NCBI RefSeq assembly: GCF_009914755.1
Contig: NC_060925.1
Strand: one strand, 5' to 3'
DNA length: 64,000 nucleotides
Source: the human T2T-CHM13v2.0 reference genome, Homo sapiens
The position numbers were made by a program, and so were the translations under genes. Below the pieces are notes generated by a model that was not told the origin of the DNA, did not search any database, and was given only the letters and a program-made list of their open reading frames with translations. The first letter of the stretch is position 1; every line of letters begins with the position of its first letter. Below, piece by piece: positions 10,459-26,089 of the stretch.

Positions 10459-13400
10459 TGTCGATTTCATTTAGTTCTGCTCTGATCTTGGTTATTTCCT
10501 TTGTTTGCTGGGATTGGGTTTGGCTTGTTCCTGCTTCTCTAGTTCCCTGAGATGTGAACTTAGATTGTCTGTTTGTGCTCTTTCAGACTTTTTGACGTAG
10601 GTGTTTAGGGCTACAAACTTTCCTCTTCGCACTGCCTTTGCTGTATCCCAGAGGTCTTGATAGGTTGTGTCATCCAGTTCGAAGAAATTTTTTACATTTC
10701 TATCTTGATTTCATTTTTCACCCAATGCTCATTCAGGAGCAGGTTATTTAATTTCCATGTATTTGCATGGTTTTGAAGATTCCTTTTGGAGTTGATTTTC
10801 AGTTTTATTCCACTGTGATCTGAGAGAGTGCGTGATACAATTTCAATTTTCTTAAATTTATTGAGACTCGTTTTATGGCCTATCATATGGTCTATCTTGG
10901 AGAAAATTCCATGTGCTGTGGAATAGAATGTGTATTCTGTGATTGTTGATGAAATGTTCTGTATATATCTGTTAAGTCCATTAGTTCCAAAGTATAGTTT
11001 AAATCCAGTGTTTCTTTGTTGACTTTCTGTCTTGATGACCTGTCTAGTGCTGTCAGTGGAGTATTGAAGTCCCCCACTATTATTGTGTTGCTGTCTATCT
11101 CATTTCTTATGTCTACTAGTAATTGTTTTATAAATTTGGGAGCTCCGGTGTTAGGTTCATGTATGTTTAGGATTGTCATATTTTTCTGTTGGATGAGACC
11201 TTTACCATTATATACTGTCTGTGTTTGTCTCTTTTAGCTACTGTTGCTTTAAAGTTTGTTTTGTCTCATATGAGAATAGCTACTGCTGCTCGCTTTTGGT
11301 GTCCATTTGCATGAAATGCCTGTTTCTACCACTTTCCTTAAGTTTATGTAAGTCATTATGTGTTAGGTGAGTCTCCTGAAGGCAGCAGATAGTTAGTTGG
11401 TGAGTTCTTATCCATTCTGTGGTTCTGTATCTTGTAAGTGGAGCATTTAAGCCATTTACAACCAACATTAGTATTAAAAAGTGAGGTACCATTGCTTTCA
11501 TCATGCTCTTTGTTGCCTCTATACTTTGTTTTTTTTTGTTGTTTTTGCTTTTTAACTTGTATTTTTGTTTTATAGCTCTTGTGTGATTTATGCTTTAATG
11601 AAGTTCTGTTTTGATGTGTTTCCAGAATTTGTTTCATGATTTAGAGCTCCTTTTAGCAGTTCTTACAGTGCTGGTTTGGTAACGGCAAATTCTGTCGGCA
11701 TTTGTTTGTCTGAATATGACTGTATCTTTCCTTCATATATGATGTTTAGTTTTGCTGGATACAAAATTCTTGGCTGATAATTGTTTTGTTTGAGGAGGCT
11801 GAAGAAAGTGCCCCAATCCCATCTAGCTTGTAAAGTTTCTGCTGCAAAATCTGCTGTTAGTTTGATAGGTTTTCCTTTATAGGTTACCTAGTGCTTCTGT
11901 CTCACAGCCCTTAAGATTATTTCCTTTGTCTTAACTTTGGATAACCTAATGACAATGTGCCTAGGCTAAGATCTTTTTGTGATGAATTTCCCAGGTGTTA
12001 TTAGTGCTCCTTGTATTTGGATGTCTAGGTCTCTCACAAGGCCACAGAAGTTTTCCTTGATTATTCCCCCAAATACATTTTCCTGGCTTTTAGAATTCAC
12101 TTCTTCCTCAGGTACACCAATTAATCTTAGGTTTCATCGTTTAACAGAATGCCAGACTCCTTGGAGGCTTTGCTCATATTTTCTTGTTCTTTTTTCTTTG
12201 TCTTTATTGGATTGGGTTAAATCAAAGACCTTGTCTTCGAATTCTGAATTTCTTTCTTCTACTTGTTCAATTCTATTGCTGAGACTTTCCAGAGAATTTC
12301 ACATTTCTAAAAATGCGTCCAAAGTTTCCTGATTTTTTATTATTATTATTATTTTTTATTTAAGCTATTTCCTTGACTGTTTCTCCCTTTACTTATTGTA
12401 TCATTTTTTGGATTTTCTTGCATTGGGCTTCACCTTTCTCTGGCCCCTCCCTGATTAGCTTAATAACTAACCTGAATTCTTTTTCAGATAAATCAGTGAT
12501 TTCTTCTTTGTTTGGATCCATTGGTGATGAACTGGTGTGATTATTTGGGGGTTGTGGAAGAGTCTTGTTTTGTCAGATTACCAGGGTTGGTTTCCTGGTT
12601 CCTTCTCATTTAGGTAGACTCTGTCAGAGGAAAGGTCTAGGGCTGAAGACTGTTGTTCAGACTCTTTTGTCACACAGAGTGTTCCCTTGATGTAGTACTC
12701 TCCCACTTTTCCTATGGGCATGGCTTCCTGTGAGCCAAAGTGCATTGATTGTTGTCTCTCCTCTGGGTCTAGCCACCCAGCAGGTCTACCTGGCTTTGGG
12801 CTGGTACTAGGGGTTGTCTGCATAGAGCCCTGTGATGTGAACCATCTATGGGTCTCTCAGCCATGGATACCGGCGCCTGTTCCAGTGGAGGTGGTGAAGG
12901 GTGCAATAGACTCTGTGAGGGTCCTTAGCTTTAGTGGTTTAATGCTCTATATTTGTGCTGGTTGGCCTCCTGCCAGGAGGTGTTGCTTTCCAGAAAGCAT
13001 CAGCTGTAGTAGCATGGAGGAACTGGCAGCGGGCAGGGCCCTAGGACTCCCAAGATTATATGTCCTTTGTCTTCCACTACCAACTTAAACATTTGTGAGA
13101 ATTTCAATATCAGAAATTTATGTGTAATCGAATTTATTCTGGTAGCCTAAATTCTGGTAGCTTATTTTCTTATATGCTTCAATCTTTATAATTTAGTTCT
13201 CACATGAGGGAGATCTAATATTGGAAATACTTTCAATCTGTATGTTTATGTATTTATTCTAGTTGTCCTGGCACAAGGTTATCAATGTTGCTGTGTGACC
13301 AGCCATTGGCTTTTCACATTTACAACTCCTCTGAATTTTTTCTTGCCTCATTTCTGGTGCTGGGAAATTCTGATATTTTCTCCTCATCTCCATTGTACAT

Positions 13401-15453
13401 TTTAGGGATTCTTGAAACTTGTGATGCACAAACATCCACACCTTCCACATAAGTAAAATATTTTACTTAGATATTTTCTAGCAGACACTGAGTTCTCATG
13501 AGAAATCCTCAGTCTCTTTATTTGGAACACCCCCACCCCAGTATTCCATATGGAGTAGTCATGTGTAGAATGTGATTACTTCATTAATATGTCGAAGTAT
13601 GGGTACATTTTGAACACATTTGTGAACTTGTAATCCCTTTCTTGATGAATAGTACCTGCGGATGAGCAGATTTGATATTTTCTTTGGAGCAGTAAGTTAG
13701 CACTGGTAGAATCTGTTCTGTAATCCCAGGTCCCTGGGCTCCAGTGTCAATGCTTCCTCCTTAGATCCTCCCTGACCCTGTAAATTTACCTCAGTCTCTA
13801 TTTCTTAATCCAATAGCTATTTCAATTGATCTTCAATTACTTTGCATGTGGCCAGATATTATTTATGGGTTATATTCTAATTCACATTTTTCTGATGTAA
13901 TTTCAGAGAGCCTAGAAAATATAATAAACTCCTTCTGACAGGTACTTGAGCCTCAGTATTTAAACATGAACAAATGCAGCATCTATTCCCTATCATGAGC
14001 ACTCTTAATGGCAGTTGAGTGTTTATATCAAAAAAAAAGTCAGGAATCATAATCATTTAGAGATAAAAGAGATCCCAGATCTGAAAAGTCAGCTAGCTTA
14101 GGAGTTTCAAGACTTTAGGATTTCACAAATCAATAAAATTAAAAAGAAAAAAATGTAAGGTTTAACATAGAGATATCACTTAAACAATGACTACTATTTT
14201 GATAAAAGGACATTCAACGGTAAAGGTGTGGGAAATATAACCTCAGAGATGAAAATGTAATAGCTTGGGCCAAGCTCACTAAGTGTCCTTATTTTTGTGT
14301 TTCCACCATGGATGGCTGACACTGTCACCTCTGGCATGAGTCCACATCAGCACCCTGGAAATGCCTCCTATAGGGTAATCCTGCAGAAGGCACTAGCACC
14401 CCCAGACTCGGGCAGACAGCTGGCTAGACAGTGCTGCTGGGAGAGTACTGCCTCTCAAAACCCGTCTCTCTGTACCAGCTGCCCAGTGTTTCTGTTTCTG
14501 CCTACTTGGAGGAACAAAAGCAATCCTGCTCCTCTCCCCAGAGACAGGTAATTATGCCGCATTTTCTTTCCTGTTTCTTACATGACAAGCACTCAAAACT
14601 TGTCACTCTTTTGGTTCTCTCCAGTGCCCTCCAAACAGTCCATGTTCAAGCCAAAGAGGAATCACTTCTGCTTACCATGTTAACTTTTAAAATAGTTAAC
14701 TGCAGCCTGCATTATGAGGATAGCATGCCAGCATAAGGAAGTTAGCATCATCTAGAGTGACCACAGAAGCTGCATCTGTCCGTGTGACTGGACACTGTAT
14801 ATGTCCAGATCTCTGCAAGGAAGAGTCATGTCATACTTTAGAGTATGACTGAGTCACACTCAGAGGGAAGTGATTCCCACAAGCAGCTCCCAGCCAGTAA
14901 CTGAGCTTGGCATGGATACTGAGGCAGGCCCCTTCCTGGGAGAAATGGGACTCCAGAAGTCCTGGACCCTCTCTACTTCTTTTTATACCTGCTTACAATT
15001 TAGCCAATTCTTTTCTGAGCTCATCTCTTTCTTACAGTAGTGACCAAGGGATGTTACTAACGTTCAGTTTCCCCATCTTTTCACCTTAAGCTTCAAGTTC
15101 CTTCAGCACATCATCCGCCCTTCAAGTTATTCCTACAACAGCTTTACCAAATATTTCACCACTGCATAACATAGATTACCATCTTTCCAACCCTCAGTAA
15201 CGGTTCTCTTGCTGACTGCCATCTGGCCCTAGAGCCACATATTTTAGGGTTTGTGTTTTGGCTGCTCCCCACTCCTGGTACCATAACACCATCTATCAAA
15301 TCTACCTGTAGATCATGAAATTACATAGGGCTTCACCAAAACTGCTATGGAGGTGGGGAGAGGGACAATTGGAATGGAGTTCAGAAAGCTGCACTTGCAG
15401 AGTCATTTATGTAAGACTGTGAGTGTGCTGCCGGTCCACATCAGAGGATGGGG

Positions 15454-15828
15454 ACTACCATGGTCTGAATGTCTGTGTCTCTCCAAATTTCATATGTGGA
15501 AACTTAATCAAGGTGATAGTTTTAAGAGGTGGGGCATTTAGGAGCTGATTAAGGCATTTGGACAGAGCCCTTCTGAATGGGATTAATGACCTTATAAAAG
15601 AAATGAAGATGAACAAATGACCCCTTCCACCACATGAGGACATAGCAAGAAGGTACCATCTTAAAGCAGAGAGCAAGCCCTCACCAAGACACTGAATCTG
15701 CAGATGCCTTGATCTTAGACTTCCCAGCCTCTGACACTGCAAAAAATAAATAAATAAATAAACTTCTATTGTTTATAAATTACCCAATCTAAGGTATTTT
15801 GTTTTAGCGGCTCAAAGGAACTAAGACA
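15454..15828 (+). mobile_element. MaLR solo LTR (MLT1A/MST-like)
   Basis: Typical ...TGAATGT..TGTC start, CTTGATCTTAGACTTCCCAGCCTC, AATAAA, ends ACTAAGACA. Confidence 0.8.
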
Positions 15829-17196
15829 AAGGTCATGGAGACCATAGGGTGAGTCTCAAGACTTCCCCCAGCTCTACTTGGCTGGTCTCCTGCTGGTATT
15901 TTCCATCTGTAGAGAGGAAAAAGAACTCCCATTTTACCTTGCTTACCTGCACTTATGAAAAGTCAAACTGAGTCATGTTGAGAGCCAGGGAACATAGGAG
16001 TCGGTTCTTCAGCAGGAGCACTCAGCTAGTTGAAGGCAATGTGGAGTGATGGGAAGAGAACAGTGATGCAGTGATTCTGGCACCAACTCCTTTACTATGG
16101 CATCCATTGTACCAGCTGCCATACACCTGGCTACTTCTACACCTTATCTCTAATCACTCCAGAATACGTATTAGTTTCCCCATCTTCTAGAAAGGAAAAC
16201 TCAGACCCAGAGACACTAAGCAAGTAGCTCAAGATCACACACGTTATCTGTGATTAAGCCTCAGTTAGAACTGGAGTCTTGGATTTCCACATTTATACCC
16301 TTTTCATGAAGCTACCTAACTTTGATCCTCAAGTTTTCCCATCTATAGCATGGGACTGCTGGACTAGAAATCTCTAAGTCCCCTTTACCTCTTGAATTCT
16401 GTGTCTCTAAGGATGAGAATAACAAAACTCCTTTGCCTCTAGCACTTTCCAACTCAAAGCCCTATCACTCTCATTACATCTAATCACTGCAGCCAGAAGC
16501 ATTAAATAAAATGGAAGGACTGACATTGGGAGTGGGCGAGGCAGAGAAGTTGGGGACGTGGAGAAACAGCTCTTTTTACATAATGATTGCTACTATGATT
16601 TGGTTATAAATAACCAGTGAAGACAATCAGGCTTTTCTGGCAGTCCCTAATTGTAGTGAATGTTGGAATACAGTGACCACCCAAATGCTCTAGACTGATT
16701 GGGAAGGTGCCACTTCTAAATCAGCTGGGCTAAGTGCATTGCATAAGCTGAGTATTTAGCTTAATGATTAGAGCCAGTTGACGAAACACAAGAATATGGA
16801 AGCCTCCTGCTACTTCTCAGAAGATAAGACAATGGCATTCCACCACCAGTGTTTACTGTGGTACCCAAAGGGAGCTCCAGTTACTTCCCTCTGTGCCTAT
16901 AACCCTTGGATCACCTGGTTGCACCAGACCCATCCTGACTAAAATCCCTCCAAAGGACCAAAGAGGAGATACGGACAAAAATAAAAAATAAATCTCATCT
17001 GCTCTCTTTCCTAAGGACCCAGCAGCCTCTATCCATCCGTCGTTCATTCACTCATTCCACACACTTTCATCTAGCCCCTGCTGAATGCCAAGCACTGGGC
17101 TGGAACTCTGGGGACTGTGGAGGTGGAATAGGAGAATATGGGCTTTCTGTGAGCAGTGATTGCCTAAAATATATACATCAAGGTTGTAGGATCATG

Positions 17197-17260
17197 TGCA
17201 CCACTGCACTCTAGCCGGGGTGACAGAGTGAGACCCTGTCTCAGAAAAATAAAAAAAAAA
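17197..17260 (+). mobile_element. Severely 5'-truncated Alu with 13-bp TSD
   Basis: About 45 nt of Alu 3' end plus poly-A between two copies of TTGTAGGATCATG. Confidence 0.88.
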
Positions 17261-17988
17261 TTGTAGGATCATGGAGAAAGTGTCTTAAGTGTTTGGTGCT
17301 GTGGACAGGCAACACAGGCAGAAACTGGTGGCTAGGGAATCAGAGAAGTTTTCAGGAGGGAGCATTTGACTTGGGCTTGAACTGAGCATCATAGGGCAAT
17401 ATAGAAACAAGTTTATGGATAATTCACTGAATTGGTGGCAGTTTATAACTTGAATCTTCCTTCAGATGATTGAAGTTAGTAGCCCAGCTATGAAAGTCTA
17501 GGTTACAGATGTCTCAGCCACAGCTTGCATATATATGGATGAGGTTCATACATATGCAGACTTGGGCTCCTGCCAAGATATGAGAGTTTTGGTCAGTCTC
17601 TGTCTCAATTCTAATGTCTCTGCCTACATACCTGAGTCCAGAGTTGTCATGCAAAGAACAGAACCCTGGAACAATCACACAAGGATTTGGTACTAGGCTT
17701 AGCCATTTTCTAGCCATGGGGACAAAAGAAAATTACTGAACCTCTCTGAGTCCCAGTTTATTTGTCTATAAAATAAGGATAGTGATACTGGGGTTACAAG
17801 GAAATTGTGAGAATTAAAATAGTTCAGGAGAGGTTAAGTTGTCCTGGGGCCACCTTTGTCATTGCAGTGACCACACTCTGTAGTGAGGGCACCCTTGAGA
17901 GCAGACAGCAGAGCTGCTATGTGATTCATCTCTAGAATCCATGATTCTTGGAACACTTCCTGAGAGCTATTAGGCATTCAAGAAATGT

Positions 17989-18046
17989 TAATGGTAGATC
18001 ATAGTATAATGGTAGATCATAGTATTGTGATAGATCATAGTATTGT
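17989..18046 (+). repeat. 18-bp tandem repeat x3 (TAATGGTAGATCATAGTA)
   Basis: Read directly. Confidence 0.85.
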
Positions 18047-18049
18047 ATT

Positions 18050-18480
18050 ATTGTTCAGCAAACATCTGTTTTCCCTCCTTTCAATGGAAGTGGTGTACCT
18101 CCCCACCCCACTGACATTGGGCTTAGCCATGTGACTTGCTTCAGCTAATGGAATGTGGGTGACTCAGTGAATGCCACATCCAAGCAGAGGCGTTAAATAT
18201 TCCTGCATGGCCTCTGGTGATCCTGTCCTCCAGCATGAGATGAACATGCTTCAGATAGCTGCTGCTACTCCCCTGGATCCTCTTCTGAGAGCCAAGTGAA
18301 GCAAATAGGAACCCAATTCACCACCCAGATCCAGGCCCATCTGAATCTAGCCAGCCCAGAAGAGCCCTGTAGAACCACAGCTGACCTATGGAAATGAGAA
18401 GTAAATGTTTGTTGTTGTTAGCATTGAGATTTGGGGATTACTTTTTATGTGGCATCATCACAACAAAGCCTGACTAATAT
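18050..18480 (+). mobile_element. Old MaLR LTR (MLT1-like)
   Basis: GGGCTTAGCCATGTGACTTGCTT and AAATGTTTGTTGTT..AAGC..TGAGATTTGGGG motifs. Confidence 0.65.
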
Positions 18481-19747
18481 ATTGTATAAAGTTAATTGAG
18501 TACTAACAACATGCCAGGTATTGTTCTAAGTCCTTTATATAAAGAATCCCATCTAATCGTTACAGCACTGCATAAGGAGGTATCATAAGTATCTCCATTC
18601 AGCTGATTAGAATTGAGGCATCTGGTCAATCCCCTTCATGTTATTCCTCCTCACTTCCTGCATCCGAATGAACCAAGCCTCCTGTGTTCATTAGAACCAC
18701 AGACCAAGCCTGCTGGAGAAAGACAGGGCTATGAAGATGGGAATGAATTGGCAAACAGCTTTGGGATGACAATGTTAAGGCCAGGCAAATGCTCTCAGTA
18801 ACCTCAAATGAGTGTTGATGTTCATGAAGCCTGCTCAAAAAAGACACAGAAATTGACGTCTTTTATCTGAGGACCCTTCCTTAGCCTCAGGACTTAAGGC
18901 TATGGGAGCATGAGCCACATAACCATGAGAGGCAGGGGGTTCAGTGAGAAGAATAAGCTCAAGAGTCTCACCTGTGGGTCAGAATCTCAGCTGTGCCACA
19001 CATACTGTGTGATCTTGAGCAAATCACCAAACCTCTCTATTCCTCATTTTTGTCACCTGTAAAGTGGGACTATTACTTGTACCTACATCCTGGATTTGTT
19101 GGGACAGTAAATGAGTTAGTGTTCCCAAGGTGCTTAACACAGAGCCTTTGCATGCAGCAAGCACCCAGTCAATGCCCATGACCATGGCCCCCTGCTCATG
19201 CTGCTCTTTTGTTCCCCCTGAGGTCTTTTGGGGACAGAGAGTGTGAAAATGCCCTCTACCCACACAAGGAAACAGGACTCAGGGACAGAGGACCTGTGCC
19301 CTGACCAAGGCAATGCATCCCTCACCATATATGCAGTGGTGCATCCTTTCCTGTTGCCTTTTGGATCAGCAATTAAGGCTTTAGTCTTTTTTGTTGGTGT
19401 GCAAAGGTATTTTCTTAATGGCCCTGCAGCCCAGCCATCACAAAAATGCTTTCCAGCTCTCAGGGAGAACATTTCTGATGCATGCTGAATCCAGAATTCA
19501 AATGAAGCAAAACAAAGGCACCAGGGGCTCTTATGAGACAGAGTGACTCAAAATAGAGGGAATGTGGGGACTTGGGGCATAAGATTGATCATGAATCACC
19601 AAATAGAAAAACCTTGGGATGGCTTTCAAGAAAAATCCTCCTTGAAGTTTTAACTTTCACCTACAAACAAGTTTTCTCACTGCTCTGTACAGCAGGGTAA
19701 GGACAGCAGCCTCACAGCATCAGTCTGAGGATAGAATGGGTTAATGC

Positions 19748-20087
<340 letters not shown>

Positions 20088-20583
20088 TCAGTGTTGGCTA
20101 TCATCTTTGGTGATGTTGGTCCCAAACCCAGACCTCTGCTCTTGTCCTCGGCTCATACACCCACCTGTATAGCCCATATGCACTTTAAACATGAGTCCAA
20201 AATGGAATCCAAAATATTAGATGCCCTCGTTGCCACCACCAGGTTTGCTTTCCTCTCAAGCCACTGAGGGATCCATAGAAGCAGAGACCATGATGAGAAC
20301 CCATCTTTAACTCTGGGTCGCTAGCACAGGGGCAGAGTAGGCAGTCACTACATCTTCAGAGCTTGTGAGTTTTATTTTGCTTTGTTTTGCAATCTGTCAT
20401 CCCCACACTCTTACTATATAAGACAGTGCCTAGCCAGACAAGCATAGGTTTAAATCTCCACCTTGTCATTTCTTAGCTGTGTGACCCTGAGCGACAAGCT
20501 TGAGTTTTCTGAGCCTCAGCACCTTCAGCTGTACAGTGAGAATGAACAGACCTCCTCACAAGGCTGCTATAAAGAATTAACGA

Positions 20584-20890
20584 GGCTGGGCATGGTGGCT
20601 CCCACCTGCAATCCTAGCACTTGAGGCCGAGGTGGGTGGATCACCTGAAGTCAGGAGTTCGAGACCAGCCTGACCAACATGGTGAAGCCCCGTCTCTACT
20701 AATAATACAAAAAATTAGCCGGGCATGGTGGTGGGCGCCTGTAATCCCAGCTACTTGGGAGGCTGAGGCAGGAGAATCGCTTGAAACCAAAACCGGGTGG
20801 CAGAGAGAGGTTGCAGTGAGCCAAGATTGCACCACTGCACTCCAGCCTGGGTGACAAGAGTGAAATTCCATCTCAAAAAAAAAAAAAAAA
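20584..20890 (+). mobile_element. Alu
   Basis: Dimeric Alu with poly-A. Confidence 0.93.
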
Positions 20891-21959
20891 GGAATTAATG
20901 AGATCACTCCGCACAAATCCTAATGTGGCATCTGATACAGGGCGAGTTCTAGTAAATGAGCATTTTTTACACTCAAGATGTAAGAGTGATGGTTTCATTA
21001 TTAGAGATGAGAGAACCAAATTAATAAACGTTTAATCATGTACTTAAAATCACACAACTGGGACTCATAACCAAGCCCTTTTCTTCCTGGTCTGATGTTC
21101 ATTCCTTGTTGTCTGAAATGTCAAATCATTTTACCAGAATAGCAGGGGAGAGAGGGACAGAAAGTTGCTTAAATTATTGATTTTGTTTTAGCAGCCTCTC
21201 ATCCTGCAAGAGGGGCTTGCAGTAACAAAGGCCTGGCACCTTTGAGTTTGTTTTTGGTCCATTTTTTAAATCTTCATTCCCTTTAGCTCTTGTTGAAAAT
21301 GGCTTCCTGCCACTTTGCACAGAAAAATCTCTTTCATGAAATACCAAAACCAAACAAAAAACAGGCCTTCGAAATGCTGTTTTGCCTCCTCCTAAGAGCT
21401 AACATTTGCCAGTTGTAAATTAACATTCCTTTCGCTTCTTTCAACAGAAAATCAATCAGGGCCCTAAAATCCCTGCACATCTGTATTTAATCCACAAATA
21501 ATTCAACAATGTTCTATCTTAATGGTGTATTGTGAGAAAAGCATAAATGTCATCAACTTCTTTTACGTGGAAAGAACAATAGGGCATGAACTTGTTTGTG
21601 CTCCTGATGTCCTTTAGAAATGGATTCCTAAGGACCAGGAGTGTTCTCCCCACCGACGGTGCACAGTGCCACAGCAAGGACAGTCAACTGGGAGTTGGGA
21701 GACCTGGACTTCAGTTCACACCACTTTGCTGGGGTACTTGGGCAAGTCCCTCAGGGCCTCAATTTCTGCATCTGCACAATATGGGGAGTGGTCAACATGA
21801 TTTCCAAAGTCTCTAGCCAGATTTCAAATTTGTTTACAGCACACAGAAAATTGCTAAAGAGAAAAAACTATAGTGGCCATTTCTGTTCAGGCTGCAAAAT
21901 CTTGTGCACTATTTACATATTTAGGTATGAACTGTCTCAAAGGGTCTTTCATTTAAAAA

Positions 21960-22274
<315 letters not shown>

Positions 22275-22557
22275 AAATGAAGGTGGAGATAGTTCTTTGT
22301 GAAGACACATGTGTGTACTTATTTGTGCACTTGTGTGCTTGCAATTGCATCTTGGGCACATGTGTATTGTGGAGGCATCTGTGTGCCTGTGGAGTGTGTA
22401 TACATAAGTACCTGATGTATGTTTGGCTGCAGAGGCACAGAAGGTCAGCAACAGCAGGTGGCTGCATGCAGGGGCACTAATAATTACTCATTTTATACAA
22501 ACTGTTTAGCAACAATGTTAGCTATTCTACTGCTGACTTTACGAACAGAGAAAATGT

Positions 22558-22892
22558 GGCCGGACACAATGGCTCCTACCTGTAATCCTAGCACTTTGTA
22601 GGGGCTGAGGCAGAAGAAGCCCTTGAGCTCAGGAGTTTGAGACCAACCTGGGTGACGTAGTGCGACCTAGTCTCTAATAAAAATTAAAAAAAAAAAAAAA
22701 AAACTATCCAGGTGTGGTGGCGCATGCCTATAATCCCAGCTACTTGGTAGGCTGTAGCAGGAGGATCACCAGAGCCCAAGAGTTTCAGGCTGCAGTGAAC
22801 CATGATTGCTCCACTTCACTCTAGCCTGGATGACAGAGCAGGACCCTGTCCCCCTGCCACAAAAAAAGAAAAGAAAAGAAAAGGAAAAAGAA
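22558..22892 (+). mobile_element. Alu (AluJ-like)
   Basis: Diverged dimeric Alu. Confidence 0.9.
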
Positions 22893-23117
22893 ACATAGAA
22901 TAGAAAACGTCTCCTGGTTTGCATCCTGGAATAGAGAAATGAGCACAGGCTTTCAAATCAAACAGTAGTGATTCATATCCTGCCCCTGGCACTCACCCAG
23001 CATCTCTGAACCTGAATATTTTCATCCAGGTTGACTTAAGGATGAAATGGAAAAAGATTTACAAAGTACCTGGGGCATAGCAAAGGATTCAATAAATGTT
23101 CTCTCCCTTTTCTTCTA

Positions 23118-23960
23118 TATTAGTTATCTATTGCTAAATAACAAATTAACCCAGAACTTAGCAGCTTAAAACAGCAAGTGTTTTTCTGATAGTGTCTATG
23201 AGTCAGGAGCCCAGGCAAAGCTTCGCTGGGTCTTCTGGCTCACAGTCTCCCAAAGGCCGCAATCAAGGAGTAATATAAGGCTATGGTCTCATCTGAAGGC
23301 TCAAATGAGGGATGCTTCCTTTCCAAGCTCACTCATGTGATTATTAGCAGGTTCAGGTTTTGGCTGACTCTTGGTCAGACACTCCCCCAGCCTCTGGTTT
23401 CTTGCTACTGGGCCTCTTCATAGAACACCCACAACATGGCTGCTGGCTTCCATCAGAACAAGAAAGCAAGAGAGCAAGAGAGGGTGAGCAGGATGGAAGT
23501 CATTTTCTTTTTGTAACTTCTCAGAGGTGCTGTTCATCAGTTTCACCATATTGTGTTTGTTAGGAACAAGACATTAGGTTCAGCCAAGATATAAGGGAGT
23601 GGAGAGGATTATACAAGGGCATGAATACCAGGAGACATGGATCACTGGAGGCCATCTTAGGGGCTGCTGGGAAGCCTGTCCTCCAGCCCCCAGTGATTCA
23701 CATCCTCCACCCCATGCAAAATACACTTGTGTCCTGCCAAGATCCCTAAAAATCTCCTCCCCCTTCAGCATCAACTAAAGTTCAGAATCTCATCAAATCA
23801 GGTATTGGGGTGGGGACTTCTTGAGAATGACTAGTCACATGCAGCTCCTAGAGTACAGTTCCTCTCTCTCTGAGAGCCTGTGAAACTAGAGAGACACAGT
23901 ATCTGCTTCCATACTCCTAGCATTAAATGGTATAACAGGCATGGGTTAGCTCTATATCTG
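23118..23960 (-). mobile_element. MaLR (MLT1-like) LTR and adjoining internal sequence
   Basis: TATTAGTTATCTATTGCT..ATAACAAATTA..CTTAGCAGCTTAAAACA end motif. Confidence 0.65.
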
Positions 23961-26089
23961 TCTCCTTTTTCTCTAGATGTTTGATGAGACAAGTATTTTA
24001 ATTTTGTATTCCACTAATTTATTCATTCAACAAATACTTATTAGGTACTGACTATAGACTCTATTTATTTTGCATTCCCATTTTGCCAACAAGGAATCTG
24101 AGAATCAGAGGCAAAATATTACAGCTTGGCCCACTGAATTATTTTTTCTTCTCTGAAAGGACCTCTAGGATTCTCCATCAATGAGGACTTTCTAGTCACA
24201 GCTGCAGTGAGGTTTGAGTTTAGCTGATTAGACCATCAACCACAAAGACTACACATTCAAATACTTTTATGTGGCAGAATATCTAAGAATAATTCAAGCT
24301 AATAAAAGATCTAGAGAATAATTAGATATATTCATTGTTAATAAGAGCCCATTTAATATTGTAGCAAAGGCAAGATCAGGGCAGGGTCAAGGCAGATAAT
24401 TTTCAAACATGCCTAATGATAGTGTAGACCAATGGTGTTTTTCAATTGTGGCTATATACATTCTAACACATTCAATTTTTTTTTAAAAGTGAAGCTTAGG
24501 TCCTATTCCTTAGAAATTCAGATTTAACTAATTTGGAGTGGGCCCCAGACATCAATATTTTAACTTTCAAGTGGTTCTAGGAAAGACAGGTTTAGGGGCT
24601 GTGGAGAGACACAGAATGGCAAGTACTTAGAACATTCACACATCCCCCACCTCCCAAGCTCCTAACAGAAATCATTTATTAGCCAGTCCCCTCAATGTCA
24701 TTGGTTGGAATGCAATTGTGTAGTCTTTCTCATCCCAGGACTCCAGGCAGCCCCTACCCATGAAGCCAAGTTGACATATGAATGAAGGCATATGTGTTAG
24801 CCCTGACAAGCCACACTGGGCATGCTTTCCCAAACCTACAAATTATCAAGGGTGTAGAAAAATAGAGCCCTCTCCATGCTGAGCAGATCTCACTCATGTA
24901 GACAACTGAGGTCTAATTACCCATTGGAAAGGGCCATTGGAAGAGCACAGGAAAAGGTCCAAGATGGAGAGGGAATTTACAGCCAAGTCTGATAATGGTT
25001 TCAGAACCTCAAAATACTTCACCTGGAGAGGACCCATGGGCAATATACATGAAGGAGCTCTCCTCTTCCTGAGTCCCTCCAAAGAGTTGTGTAAAGCCCA
25101 AAAGGGGGGCTCTCCAGGAGTAGATGCTCTTCAAATCCCACTTCTATCCCTTACTAGAAGTATAACCTGGCTTGCTATTGAGCCTCTCTCAGCCTCCTTT
25201 TCCAAATGAGGACAATGGTGCCTATGTCACAAGAATATTGCAGTGATTCCATGAGAAGATGTATACAAAGCACCTTGCCCAATAGATAGTCAACAAATGC
25301 TGGTTGTCACCTTTATTCTGTCAGTGTTGGTGGAGTGCTGGTACTCATAGTTCACTAAGAGTTTTTAGGACAGCAATGATCTTAGAAGAGAATCAGATCA
25401 AAGTTCTGAGTGTTTTCCCTGGAACTGGCATTGTATTATTAATATCCTACAAATGGGAGACATGCATCCCCTGGTCTCATACCTGGAATATCAAAATGGT
25501 ACTTCATTAACAGTGTCAAAGCAAAAGTCTGATGGCTCTGCCTGCTCTTGTGAGTAGGGGTACTCATATTCCCTTTAAGCCCTTCCCCCAAATTGGCCTA
25601 GAGGTCCAGGGGGTTCCACATGGGCTCAACATTCTCTGATTAACTCTCCCCTCATATCAACAACTTCCTCCTATCAAGCTTGACATCTTGTGCTATTTCT
25701 TCCTATTCTAGGTGTAGGCAAGTCTAGTTTGCTCTTCAGCTACTCTATCCCTCTCCTGCATATTGACTCTTGAATTCTTGATCCCTAGTAGCTTCTCACA
25801 CTGTCTGTAAAATGGAGCATGGAACCACTACATAGAAACAGGAAGGTTCTGCCCTGTACTCTCAGCTCTTAAGGGCACAGTCACAAGAAGACCATTTTTA
25901 AATTCTCATTGTGTAACACCCTTACACATTCCACATGCATCATAGCACATAACTCTGACAATAAACTACAAGGTAAGCAACTAATTATTCCCTTTTTAAT
26001 ATTTTTTAAATCTAGGAAGGTAACTTAATCTCTTTGACTTCCAGTTCTCATGAACTAGAACATTAGAGAATCAAGATTTGAACCAGAGG

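Noticed and set aside
10162-10474. Poly-Q, poly-C and poly-V ORFs
   Set aside because: Translations of a (TTG)n microsatellite inside a dead L1
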